Source of the DNA: Octopus bimaculoides
Taxonomy: Eukaryota
Assembly: GCF_001194135.2 (NCBI RefSeq)
Contig: NC_068999.1
Span: 51,981,315 to 52,045,314 of the forward strand
Length of the DNA stretch: 64,000 nucleotides
Direction of reading: 5' to 3'
Each line of letters starts with the position of its first letter. Position 1 is the first letter of the stretch. Positions 51,309 through 63,077 of the stretch are shown piece by piece. A program made the translations under genes and the position numbers. The notes beneath the pieces are model-generated. The model saw only the letters and a program-made list of their open reading frames with translations. It did no database searches and was not told the origin of the DNA.

Positions 51309-53426
51309 TTAAAGGGTAAAGGACAAAGACACCCTTCAGTCACAAATGACCAATGTAACTGCACCTAGAAGTTCCCCTCCAAAGTGCAAGTCTGGCCAAT
51401 GTTGTTTATGGAAGACCAGCAGTTGTTCATGCATACCAGTCTTCAATCTCCATGCCATCAACGTTGTCCAAAGGAAAGGCAAAGGCTGGTATGGCTTGGC
51501 TGCCAGTGACATCACAACTCATTTCTGTAGCTGAGTGAACTGGAGCTATGTGAAATAAAGCATCTTGCTCTCAAGAACACAATACACAGCCTGGTCCAAG
51601 AACTGAACTCACAATTTCATTATGTGTGTATGTGTGTGTGTGCTTGTGTATGTGTGTAAGTGTATGAACAAATATATATCATCATCATCATCATCATATA
51701 TTCTTTATTTCATAATTGTAAGAGTTAGACTGTTGATTCATTGGACCATTTATTCTTTCTACAGCTTGCCATTTAACTGTGACTTAATTTAGGTTATATG
51801 TATGTATGTATGTATGTATGCATGTATGTGTGTGTGTGTGTATGTATACACATATCAAGTTTATTTTCCTTCTGTTCAACAAACTAGTGCAAATAGAGAT
51901 GTGTGTCATATTCAGTGATATATAGCAATGCAGCTATAAAAATGAGTCATTTGATTTCACAGACATCGTACTTCTTTATTTCTAAGAGATATTAATTCAT
52001 GACAAAAGAATCAGTACCATTGACCTACTTTAAATTCTTTTTTGTTTTCTTTTGTTTTTTCTTCACTAACAATGGACCTCTCGGAAATGGCTAACGCTTT
52101 GTCTTGCCCACAGTAAACAATTGATATTTCAAAATATTCTGTATTCACTGTTGTTATAAATAGCTTGATGTCCAAAGATTAATCTTCCTTAATAATGAAC
52201 TTGAAGGTTGTGCATTAGTAAAGTATTAAACTTGAAACTTATCTCTTTGGAGATAGTAAAAAAAAGCTACTTCAGAATGGAACAAATTCAGAAAACATTA
52301 AAGATAGATAAGTTTTTCATTGAAAATAGTTGAAATCTCACTCAAATAACACCAGGTCATCACAAAAAAAGGAAGTATGTATATCAAACAATGTTGTAGA
52401 AATTCCATGTCTGAATAAAAAAATTTTTTTTAAAGGATGGTGTTTACATATGAAATGCCTTTCATTTGTAATTAATTAAGTGAGAAAAAGGCAGTCACAT
52501 GATTTTTGAACCAGCACCATGAATGGTGGTCCTATACATGTAAAAGTTTGTCTTTGAGAAAAATTTTCTGATCGTAACATACTTTCTGATAAACTGATGT
52601 ATTCTTGAGAGCAAGATGCAGTAAATAAAGACTTACAAAATAATTTAATCTCAATGTTTGTCATAGAACAAAACCTGCTAAATGCATCCTAAGGTTCCAC
52701 ATTTTTTTGCTTGTTTGTTTCTTTGGTCCCAATTTTAAGCCAATCGCTGTCTTTGTTACCAATTGACCTATGAATGTTTCCTCTTTACATGGGCTAATAT
52801 ACTGAAATTACTTTCACAAAGTAGCAAGTACCTAAACAGGTGTTGTTATTACAACTATGTAAGCTGGTATTTTGTCACTAATGTTCCTGAAAATGCCAGG
52901 TGTAGTCAATTGAAATAGACAAACAAACAAATAAATAGATGAATAAAAATGCAGACGTATGTTTTCTTCCATTTGAAATACTTTAGATGTTAAGTAGACA
53001 ACTACAAGACTATAAATAATTCTTACAATGGAATTTACCTCACAATGAATTAGTTTTAGTATTTAATTTCTTTGTGTCTTCATCGTCATCATCATCATCA
53101 TCATCACTATTGTCACAACCACAACAAGCAGCAGCAGCATAATCTCCTTTCTTTAAGTTGAAGCAGTTTTTCCATTGGTCATTTTTGTATCTTTCCACAT
53201 TGCTTTTAAAAGTCACTTTTAGTTAAGTCCTAACAGTATTTTCCTAAAACTTGGATATCAGTAACAAACAGCTATTTTGAAACAATCTTACTGTTGTTGG
53301 AGTCATTAATTTAAAAAAAAATAATTCCTTTATTTTCTTTTTTTTTTTTTATAATTAGCAATACCAAGACTAAATTACCATTCCTTTACATGGTGGTCAT
53401 TTTAAAAGTTTAACTGCTACCCAGAC

Positions 53427-53496
53427 ATGGCAAGAATAATCACAGGTTTTCTATTCTTGGCTGTCTTATTTTGCATGTCACAACAAACAGTTTCAG
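53427..53496 (+). CDS. Signal-peptide exon (MARIITGFLFLAVLFCMSQQTVS), probably the first coding exon of the secreted serpin isoform
   Basis: The start context is gacATGg, followed by Arg, a hydrophobic core and a T-V-S c-region. The exon ends at a phase-1 donor TCAG|GTAAAT (GT 53497-53498). Joining G to AC at 58378 gives D-T-I-V-Y-N-M-D, in frame with the serpin. An acceptor-like ttaactgctacccAG precedes position 53425. Confidence 0.75.
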
Positions 53497-55267
53497 GTAA
53501 ATATCTCTTCATTTTTTTTTNNNNNNNNNNNNNNNNNNNNNNNNNNNNNNNNNNNNNNNNNNNNNNNNNNNNNNNNNNNNNNNNNNNNNNNNNNNNNNNN
53601 NNNNNNNNNNNNNNNNNNNNNNNNNNNNNNNNNNNNNNNNNNNNNNNNNNNNNNNNNNNNNNNNNNNNNNNNNNNNNNNNNNCCCCACCTATTTCTCATT
53701 TCAGTGTGTGTCAGCTGGGTCTGCTAGGTTTATCATGACTGCCAGAAACTCCATATCTCTGCAGATGAGTATATTGCCTTTATATTCCTTAATTATTGAG
53801 TATCACTTCATATTAGACGTACATGTAATTGTGTGTCTATGTATGTGTATGTATGTTTTTTTTCTTTTCCTTTTACTTGTTTCAGTCATTTGACTGCGGC
53901 CATGCTGGAGCACCGCCTTTAGTCGAGCAAATTAACCCCAGGACTTATTCTTTGTAAGCCTAGTACTTATTCTATTGGTCTCTTTGGCCAAACTGCTAAG
54001 TTACGGGGACGTAAACACACCAGCATTGGTTGTCAAGCGATGGTGGGGAGACATTAGTGTTTAATCCTGCCTATATTTAGATTGAATGAATCTGATTATT
54101 AAGCTTTCACTTTTATTATACTATGGAAGATTGTAGGGATTAAAATATATGATTTCAAGGTTTGATCGCTGTTTAGTTACATATTTAGGAGTTGGTTATT
54201 GATTTATCTATTGCATTTATTTACATGGGTTGGACGATTTGACTGAGGACTGGTGAAACCAGATGGCTACACCAGGCTCTAATCTGATTTGGCAGAGTTT
54301 CTACAGCTGGATGCCCTTCCTAATGCCAACCACTCCGAGAGTGTAGTGGGTGCTTTTACGTTCCACCAGCACGAAGGCCAGTCAGGCGGTACTGGCAACG
54401 GCCACACTCAAAATGATGTATTTTACGTGCCATCTGCCCAGGAGCCAGTTCGGCGGCACTGGCAACGATCTCGCTCAAACGTCTTTACATGTGCCATCTG
54501 GCACAAGTGCCAGGAAGGCGATGCTGGGCACAGGTGCCATTGACGGTTTCGCTTTCGCTTGCCCCAGCTTGTTGTGTCTAGGGAAGGTAATTATCCCTAT
54601 AAAGATTTGTTTCATCAATTCACATCAAGGATCTTGCAAACCGAATACCAAAAGTAAACAGCTTATGTATGTTATTGATTGGAGAAGGAAGTTCATTACA
54701 TCTCTGAGCAGCACTCAATAAATCATGAAACAGACAAGCAGGAGACTTACCACCTCTTTTTCTTGTGCATCAAAAGTATAGAAAGAATAAGAATGCATTT
54801 ATCTTCTTATTCTTATTTAAAACATAGTGAAGCTTTATAATATTCAAATTTATTTCATTTTTGTTTTACTGTTTTGTTCATAAGTAGATATTGTCTAATT
54901 AATGATAAGCCATCAAAAGTACAAATATGTAAATTAGGTTATTCACCATGATGCTATCCTAATTTATGACTGCTTGGGATGGACTAGGTAAATACCAGTA
55001 ATATATTATTGATTCAAGGCGGCATACTGGCAGAATCATGAGCACACCAGGCAAAATGGTTTGTGGCATTTCATCTGTTTTGGGTTCAAATTCTGCCTTT
55101 CAGGGGTCGATAAATTAAGTACCAGTTGGACAACTAGGGTTGATGTAATTGTCTAGCACCCTCCCCCAAAATTCTTAGCCTTGTGCCAAAATTTGAAACT
55201 AATATATTTTCATTGATTCAATTGGCTATGGCTACATTGAGTTCAACACTCAGCCATGGAAAATATT

Positions 55268-55680
55268 CTTTTCTACTCTTGGCACAAGGCCTGAAATTTT
55301 TAAGGTGCGGGGGCCAGTCAATTAGGTTGATCCAGTATGCAACTGGTACTTAATTTATCAACCTCGAAAGATTGAAAGGCAAAGTTGACCTCAGCGGAAT
55401 TTGAACTCAAAACATAAAGACAGACGAAATACCGCTAAGCATTTCACTTGACGTGCTAACGTTTCTTATTTCTTTATTGCCCACAAGGGGCTAAACATAG
55501 AGGGGACAGCCAAGGACAAAGGGATTAAGTTGATTACATCGACCCCAGTGCGTAACTGGTACTTAATTTATCAACCTCGAAAGGATGAAAGGCAAAGTCG
55601 ACCTCAAGAACGTAACGGCAGATGAAATACCTCTAAGCATTTCACCTGACGTGCTAACGTTTCTGGCAGCTTGCTGCCTT
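55268..55680 (-). mobile_element. SINE (family A here) with internal duplication and a perfect 16-bp TSD
   Basis: AGCCATGGAAAATATT flanks it at 55252-55267 and 55681-55696. The block actggtacttaatttatcaacctcgaaag...aaaggcaaagt occurs twice. Confidence 0.85.
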
Positions 55681-57062
55681 AGCCATGGAAAATATTGATT
55701 AATCACAGGAATCCAATTCTAAACTTATATATTTCTCTTTCACTCTTGTCTCTCTCCTTTTCTTTTTCCTTCTTTCCTCTTTACCTATCCCATACAGACC
55801 ATTCTCACTGAATCCATTTTTCTCTCGTTTTGTCTTCTATCAATTTCTTTCATTTTCATTCTGTCCGAGATGATTTTTTAAAAATCTAATCCTCTCAAAA
55901 TCTCATATTTTCTTACATTTCTCTTACTTCACCCACCATTATTTGCCACATATTTTATTCTACCAAATAATTTCTGCCATTTTCTCCCACTTTTTCTCTT
56001 TTCAACTCTCTCTTCTTGTCTGTATTCTCTATTTCCTTCTCTAACTGTTGCTTCCTCTCTCTCTCTCCTGATCTCCCCTCCTTCTCCCTCTAGCCGTTAC
56101 ATCCGCTTTCCTTTATACAATGAACAAGTTAGCTTTCCTTCTTTCTGCTATACTCTTATCTGCCTATATATCAACTCCTCTTCCATTCCCCACTGTCTGT
56201 CCCTTTTATCTATACATTCACTCTATATTGACCTCATTGATTTCTCTGAATCATAGAATAAATTGTGTCTGAATACAACTGAGTTTTAGAAGAAAATAAT
56301 AAAATGTCATAAAAAAAAAAAACTGAAACTTAAACCAATACACAAAAATAGGTGACTGGTGATTACTAGTTATACTTATATAAACAGAAACTACAACTAG
56401 ATCCACAATAGTACATAGAACGTTGAGCAAATACTAATAGCCCACGCACTGTCAACTAAAAACACGTGAAAAGAATCATTAGAGCGATTTTCTCCTGGAT
56501 TTCAGAACCATAAATCAAGCTCCTGTTACATTATTTAAATATTTACCTGTGGTAAGCAGAACTTTCATAATTATTTCTCCACGCACTATCTTACCACACT
56601 CACACACATTTACTTTTTATAGCAATATAAGTATTACTATAACAACAAAAGGTCAGTTGGGTCATACATGGGGCGTGTCATAGATTCTTGCCAGCGGTGT
56701 ATGCGTATTTTATTTTCCCGTAGCGCGATTTGAACCCAACACTGCAAGTTAGCGAAATTTTCGTTAGTTATAGGTCTTGCTCTACTCAGTGCTTGACTTA
56801 TGGACAGGTCCTGTAAGCAGTGTCTTTACAAGGCTCTGTTACCCATGGAAAAAAGATAGTTCACATTCCTATCCGGAGACCTTTTGATTTGATTTAGTTT
56901 ACATAAATGTTTGTAGCACATTGGAAGCTGTATTGAAATTCCCAGCAAAAGAGGTTTGACGACCTTTTTTTCTTTCAGTATTATGTAGACTTTCAGTTTG
57001 TCCAGAAACTTTAGTTCTGTTCATTAATCGTTTACTCTATTCATTGAGTTATTGTTCCTTAT

Positions 57063-57198
57063 TATAAAAGTGCTTCGGTCGAGTATTAGTTAAACTTTTC
57101 CTTGCTAGTTGAGAAAAATATCTTTATTCATTATTATTATTTCTGGCTTAGCCTTGTGTGTGTGTGAAGATATAAGGGAAGTTAAAGCTCACGAAAAT
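57063..57198 (+). promoter_or_regulatory. Candidate proximal promoter and ATG-free first exon (cytosolic serpin isoform)
   Basis: TATAAAAG lies at 57063-57070 and an Inr-like TTAGTT at 57086-57091. There is no ATG before donor AAAT|GTAAGC (GT 57199-57200). The upstream region (56420-57100) retains CpGs and has a kB-like GGGAATTTCA on the minus strand at 56934-56943. Confidence 0.45.
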
Positions 57199-57437
57199 GT
57201 AAGCTAAGATAAAAAAAAAGTTGGGTAGCCGAAAACGGCACATTATTCGCGGAGATCGCTAATTAGTATACTATACACTTACTAGAGCCAAGTGATGAAT
57301 CTTCTTCGTGGTAGCTAGATTTGCGAGAAATTGCAGCCAAATCTGGCTCAAATCGTACCATATCATCTTAAAATAGACAAGGCCACATGTAGTCATCTGT
57401 GTGTGTGTGTGTGTGCATATATTGTGACACTCTATCG

Positions 57438-57468
<31 letters not shown>

Positions 57469-58377
57469 GTGACACTCCGTCGGTTACGATGACGAGAGTT
57501 CCAGTTGATCCGATCAACGGAACAGCCTGCTTGTGAAATTAACTTGCAAGTGGCTGAGCACTCTACAGACAGTGTACCCTTAACGTAGACCACCTGGGGC
57601 GAAATAGAAAATTCTTTGCTGTGTTTTTCCATGGCAAAATTCCGCCTTTTCTACTTTATGCTGCAGTTAGCTTTTTGTATGCTACCGAAATTTAAGGAAT
57701 GCTTCTGCCATTTTCTTTCTATTAATAAGGGACGTAACTCGCCATACTAATTACTTCACCAGCTTCATTGCGACATCAGTCAAACTTTTCTTCCTAAGTC
57801 TTTCCAAAATAGACGATATTCTGTAGTTTTGTTATGCATTACTTGAAAAACAAATCCCGACAAAAGTTCACCACGAAGGAGATTAGATTTTTTTTTCACT
57901 TCGTCTTTTTAGATAAAATAAGACAAGTTATCCAAAAGAATATTCGGTAATTTTTTATGAAGTAAAATAATGGAAATTATTTATTATTAACGTATTCATT
58001 TTCGAGTTTTCCCATTTGCTAAAAAAAACTTGGCTGGCATCAAAATCCGAATATGAGCCAATGAGAGAAACCCTGTAAAATTTCATTTAATTTGGGGTCC
58101 TTATGTAGCATTGGTATATTTTGGGTGACAATGGTGAAGGCTTCTTTGTTTCTGGGGTAGTATGGAACCCCAATGGAAGAAAGAAATGGTTATATCATTA
58201 AATCTTATAAATTTTTAATTATTTTTAAAACTATTTAAAACACTTAATGTGTTACCTTTCAAAATATGTTCATGTAAAAGTTAAATTGAAAGTTTGAAGA
58301 GATTTCAGATATTGCTTTCATAGATGTTTGCCAGAATTTATTTTGTATGTTTTCTCTTCATATTCTATTTTCTCCAG

Positions 58378-59439
58378 ACACTATCGTATACAATATGGAC
58401 TCAGCAAAGAAACAAGACATCAGTAATCTTGCTGCTTCAATTGATTATTTTACAAACAGTCTTTATCAAGCTGTGGCTACAGGAACCAACGAAAATGTCT
58501 TCATGTCACCATTCAGTGTTGCTACTGTTTTATCGATGGTTTATTTGGGAGCAAGACAAAACTCTGCCAAACAGTTTGAAAATGTTTTGAAGATAACTTC
58601 TAATCCAGATTCTGTAGCTTTGGCTTTTAAAGAATATTTTTCCCTTTTGAAAAACTCAGATAAACTTGTCACATTCAATTCAGTGAATCGTTTGTGTGCC
58701 AATGAAAAATTCCCTATTTCAGAAGACTNNNNNNNNNNNNNNNNNNNNNNNNNNNNNNNGAAGTTTGACACCTCAGTCGGTTCTAGTTCTTATTAATGCT
58801 GTGTACTTTAAAGGAATGTGGGCTGAAAAATTCCCAGAACAAGCAACATCATCTAGAAAGTTTTATTTAAGTTCTGGGAAGACTATATCTCATGATTTTA
58901 TGTATATATCTGAAGATTTTAATACAAAAATAAGTGACAACTATAAAGTTGTTGAGTTACCTTATATAGGAAAAGCTTTTAGTATGTTTGTAATTCTTCC
59001 CAATGAAATCAATGGTCTTGCTGCTTTAGAGAAGGAGATTAATGCTAAATTTCTCAAAGACATTGTAGATAGAAAAGGATTTGAAATGATGTATCTAGAA
59101 TTAAATATGCCAAAATATCGTTTAGAGAGTAGTTTTAAGTTGGGTGATGTTTTGAAAAAGCTTGGACTCCCTGATATTTTTGATCCTCAAAAAGCTGACT
59201 TATCTGGAATGACCGGTGGTGAAAAGAATATTTATGCCAGTGAAATGTTTCATAAAGCATTTGTTGATGTTAATGAAGAAGGAACAGAAGCTGCTGCTGC
59301 TACTGGAATGGTTATGATGGCATTGTCAGCACAAATCGGTATGGAATTTGATGTCAATCACCCATTCACATTTTTAATTGTTGATAACCGAACTAAAATG
59401 ATCCATTTCATTGGTAAAGTAACAATTCCTACAACGTAA
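58378..59439 (+). CDS. Serpin (serine protease inhibitor, leukocyte-elastase-inhibitor/clade-B-like), main coding exon; interrupted by an under-sized assembly gap at 58729-58759
   Basis: Serpin motifs are present: NVFMSPFSV, LVLINAVYFKGMW, VVELPY, MFVILP, LPDIFDPQKADLSGM, HKAFVDVNEEGTEAAAATG (hinge) and FDVNHPFTFLI (signature). The stop TAA is at 59437-59439. The acceptor is ttctattttctccAG (58376-58377). An internal ATG at 58395 has strong context (aatATGg). Confidence 0.95.
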
Positions 59440-59982
59440 GATGATATTGCACTGTCAATGATTTTCCTCTTATGGGATACTACATTGTATTATGTGGAGA
59501 ATGTAACTGAGCAAATTTATTTAGAATCTTTTTCANNNNNNNNNNGATGGCATTGTCAGCACAAATCGGTATGGAATTTGATGTCAATCACCCATTCACA
59601 TTTTTAATTGTTGATAACCGAACTAAAATGATCCATTTCATTGGTAAAGTAACAATTCCTACAACGTAAGATGATATTGCACTGTCAATGATTTTCCTCT
59701 TATGGGATACTACATTGTATTATGTGGAGAATGTAACTGAGCAAATTTATTTAGAATCTTTTTCAGTAAAATTACTTAGGTCATTACAGTTGTAATCGTG
59801 CAGAACCATGGTCATATCTATCCAATGAAATATTATAAGACTACTTTAATCTAAATCAATATTATTAACTTGTATTTGCCATACATTGACAGAAAAATAT
59901 TACACTGCTTAAAGTATCTTTTCTTAGCAAGTTAATGATTTTAACAATATACTTACTGTTGCCTGTAAACATTTACTGGTTA

Positions 59983-60034
59983 AATAAAGTGAAATCAATG
60001 CTTGTATGCTTTTATTTCTGTTTATATTAATAAA
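59983..60034 (+). terminator. Candidate polyadenylation signals of the serpin
   Basis: AATAAA occurs at 59983-59988 and 60029-60034, in AT-rich sequence downstream of the stop. Confidence 0.45.
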
Positions 60035-60536
60035 GTACCTCAGTAAATATTCCATTTTAATGTTTGTGTTAATTGCATCTCGCTTTTATTAGCTTTGTTT
60101 CAAAAATAGACATTTCAACTTCTTCAGCCCTCTTGTTAGCCTCTGGTATTTTAGTCTTAGATCTTCATTAAGAAATTATATTGATTCAATAATTGTGGTG
60201 TTACAAAACTTTTGAAAAGTTACCAACCAATATACCATGCATATGTGTGGTTATTTTACAACCTCTCTAATTAATAATGTAGTAAGGTTGGCATTCTCAA
60301 GGTAGCAAAGACAATGTCTAATATTTTTTCTGAAATGTTATATCTGTAATTAGAACAAGAATCAGTGAAGAAATTCTCATATACCATTTTATTTTTGTTG
60401 GTGTTACTGAAATTCCAATAATGGGGCTTCTTTTAATATCTACAAACCAACATTTCCATATAAAAAATATTTGAAAAAAATTAAGCAAGATACAAACAAA
60501 CATATATACACATCCATTTCTCTGTTATATGTAATG

Positions 60537-60897
60537 TAAATACATTGCAAAAGGGTAATTTACTGCAGTATTCATGCAGAGATAATATCTCACATAGACA
60601 TGCTGTGTTTAAAAATGCAGTTTATATCAGGCATTTGAAGATTGTCCTAGCAGTGGTTGGTTGGTTGGTGAGGATGCTAGATGCATTCAGGTCCTGTTGG
60701 ATGGTGTCAACAGCATATACTCATAGCCAGCCACCTGCTCAGATGAGGCAGAAATGCATCTAGCATACTCACCAGTTGCAGCTAGAACAATCTTCATATG
60801 CCTTCAATATATATTGTATTTTTAAATGCAGCATGTTCCTATAGGATATTATCTGGAGATATATACTGCAGTAAATCAATCTTTTGTGATGTATTTA
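60537..60897. repeat. Fold-back element (~150-bp degenerate arms, 65-nt loop) between the serpin and its pseudogene
   Basis: Arm 60537-60687 pairs with 60753-60897, for example TGGTGAGGATGCTAGATGCATT with AATGCATCTAGCATACTCACCA, and ATTTACTGCAGTA with TACTGCAGTAAAT. Confidence 0.85.
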
Positions 60898-61603
60898 TAC
60901 CATGTATGATATATAATGCTTTCATCAATGGAAACAATGTTGGGTTATTTGTGTGGCTTCAGAATGGGAATACTTCAAAGAGGATTAAATGCTGGATTAA
61001 TATGTGTTGTAGTTTTCTTTTTATAGCACAAGTCCTGATACTGTTTGATATAATATACATCTTAACAACTTAAATAAATTAATAGAAAATATGGTTTGAG
61101 AATATATTTTCAGCACAAAAATACTTTTTTCTGAGAGGAAAATTTAAATGGCACAAATATTGTTGTACAGAACAGAAGAAAGGCTGTTATTTCTACATAA
61201 AGTAATATGGAAATGGATAATGGATGCCACATAAGTTAAAACAATATAAAGCAGACGCAAATCCCTGGTATCAGTCGATCTGATGACAAAAGAATGTATC
61301 ACCCAATATATTCAGTTTAATAACACTTTGACAATGCCACATTACTTTAGAAATTGAGAGCACTTTTACATCATCAGATATTTAAGGAGAGAGTTAAGAG
61401 AATTTAATATAAATCTGAAGTGGCTTGAGGGCTGATGTATTTAAATTCATATAGGAAACAAACGTAATGTTGGTGCCAAGTAAATGACATTCTGCAGTGT
61501 ATGATATTTCAGTAACAATTGCTTCTTATATTATATGCTACATGAGGGATGAGGAGCAAGTTCTGAAGAGGGTGCTAGATTCTGAGGTAATCTAGCTGTC
61601 TTA

Positions 61604-62042
61604 CAACATAGTAATTAATATTAATTCTTCCTTTTTCAACATCTGTCATGAAAGCAACATTTTCAATATCTGAAAAGAAATATTTTGCAGCATTGTTCTT
61701 GTAGTCTTCTAAAATATGAAATTTTTCATTGGCACACAAACAATTAATCGAATTCAATGCAATAAGTTCATCTGAGTTTTTCAAAATGGAAAAATATTGT
61801 TTAAAAGCCAAAGCTATAGGATCTGGATTGAAAGTTATTTTCAAACTGTTTGGCAGAGTTTTGTCTTGCTCCAGAATGAACCATCAATAAAATAGTAGTA
61901 ACACTAAACGGTGACACGAAAACATTTTCAACGGTTCCTGTAGCCACGGCTTGATAAAGACTGTTTGTACAATAATCAACTGAAGCAGCAAGGTTACTGA
62001 TATCTTGAGCCTTTGCAGAGTCCATATTGTATTCGGTGGTGT
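61604..62042 (-). pseudogene. Inverted, truncated serpin pseudogene (N-terminal ~150 codons)
   Basis: It is about 88% identical to 58378 onward over the first ~205 nt (manual count). It keeps the homologous acceptor (ttcttcAG, 62044-62043) and an ATG 17 nt into the exon (62025). An 11-bp deletion at 61837-61845 shifts the frame, and homology stops after EKGRININ. Confidence 0.9.
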
Positions 62043-62669
62043 CTGAAGAATATGCAATATGAAGAGATGAAATGCAGAGGAATTTCCTAAAAAACAGTGT
62101 CTGTTTAATATCTCAAGAGATTGTAAAACACACTAATGTGATCTAAGAAATCTGTATGAAATTGATCTATAATGATTTATGAAAAAACCGAATTTTTATT
62201 GTTTCCTTACTGCATTCTAAATGTAATAAATAATGTTTGAATCTATTTTGAAAATAATCACTGATGGAATATATACCAGTCTTAGAAAATAAGTACTTTG
62301 GTTGCTTATTTCGAGTAAGATATTCAAGGTAGTGCCCTAGCAATTGTCTTCTCATACTACTAGCAAGAGCCTGCGTGTGTTTAGATCTGTTTCAGCGTAT
62401 AGTCATTATTACTCATTATTCTATTCATGTAATATTCCATTGTTCTCATTTCATCTATTATTTGATAATTGTTTGGAGATCTCTACTTTTAACATTCATA
62501 AATCCAACAATACTATGTACTCATCAGATTATTTTATTCTTGTTTTGTGTTTTGTCTAATTTTTTTTGAAGTAGAATTACTCACCATCCTTCATACTAAC
62601 TCAACATTTTGAAATATTTGTACAGAACTCATAATAAAAATATGCATGCATGTGTGTGTGCATGCACAT

Positions 62670-62906
62670 AGGGATAGATGTGTGGTTAGTGAGAGCTGTA
62701 CAAGCCATGTACATGTATGCTGTCAGTAAGGTGAGGGTTGGCAACAAGTAGAGGGAAGAGTTCTGGGTAGGAGTAGGGGTCCACCAAGGATCCAGTCCTG
62801 TCTGACTCATCAGAATCCTCCAGGCAATAACAGAGGAATTCAAGACAGGCTGCCCCTGTGAGCTTCTCTATGCTGATGACCTTGCTCTGATAGCTGAGTC
62901 ACTATC
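62670..62906 (+). mobile_element. RTE-clade LINE reverse transcriptase fragment
   Basis: The single frame WLVRAVQAMY..AVSKVRVGNK*REEFWVGVGVHQGS..*LIRILQAITEEFKTGCPCELLYADDLALIAES has two stops. YADD is at 62869-62880. Confidence 0.9.
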
Positions 62907-63077
62907 CTCTCCAAGTTGAGCAGCTGTACCACAGACTCTAGATCCCTGTTCATTCAGATTTATGATTTTACAGTCAAAGGGGACAATAGAGTTATGTCCC
63001 CTTTGACTGTAAAATCATAAATCTGAATGAACAGGGATCTAGAGTCTGGTACAGCTGCTCAACTTGGAGAGGATAGT
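62901..63077. repeat. Near-perfect palindrome (85/83-bp arms, 9-nt loop); inverted duplication of the PLE 3' end
   Basis: Arm 62901-62985 is the reverse complement of 62995-63077 except for one 2-nt indel. Confidence 0.95.

Noticed and set aside
59316-59765. Exact 220-bp direct duplication starting inside the serpin RCL (59316-59535 and 59546-59765), resembling an alternative RCL cassette as in insect serpins
   Set aside because: The copies are identical, flank a 10-N gap and have no acceptor before the second copy. The same pattern occurs in a SINE at 5560-5660, so unmerged contig overlap is the likely cause. Long reads would settle it.
62915-62932. GAGCAGCTGTA in the palindrome arms resembling a GAAACAGCTGTA hammerhead stem III
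   Set aside because: No CUGANGA box or stem II upstream; a 6-bp palindrome is expected by chance.
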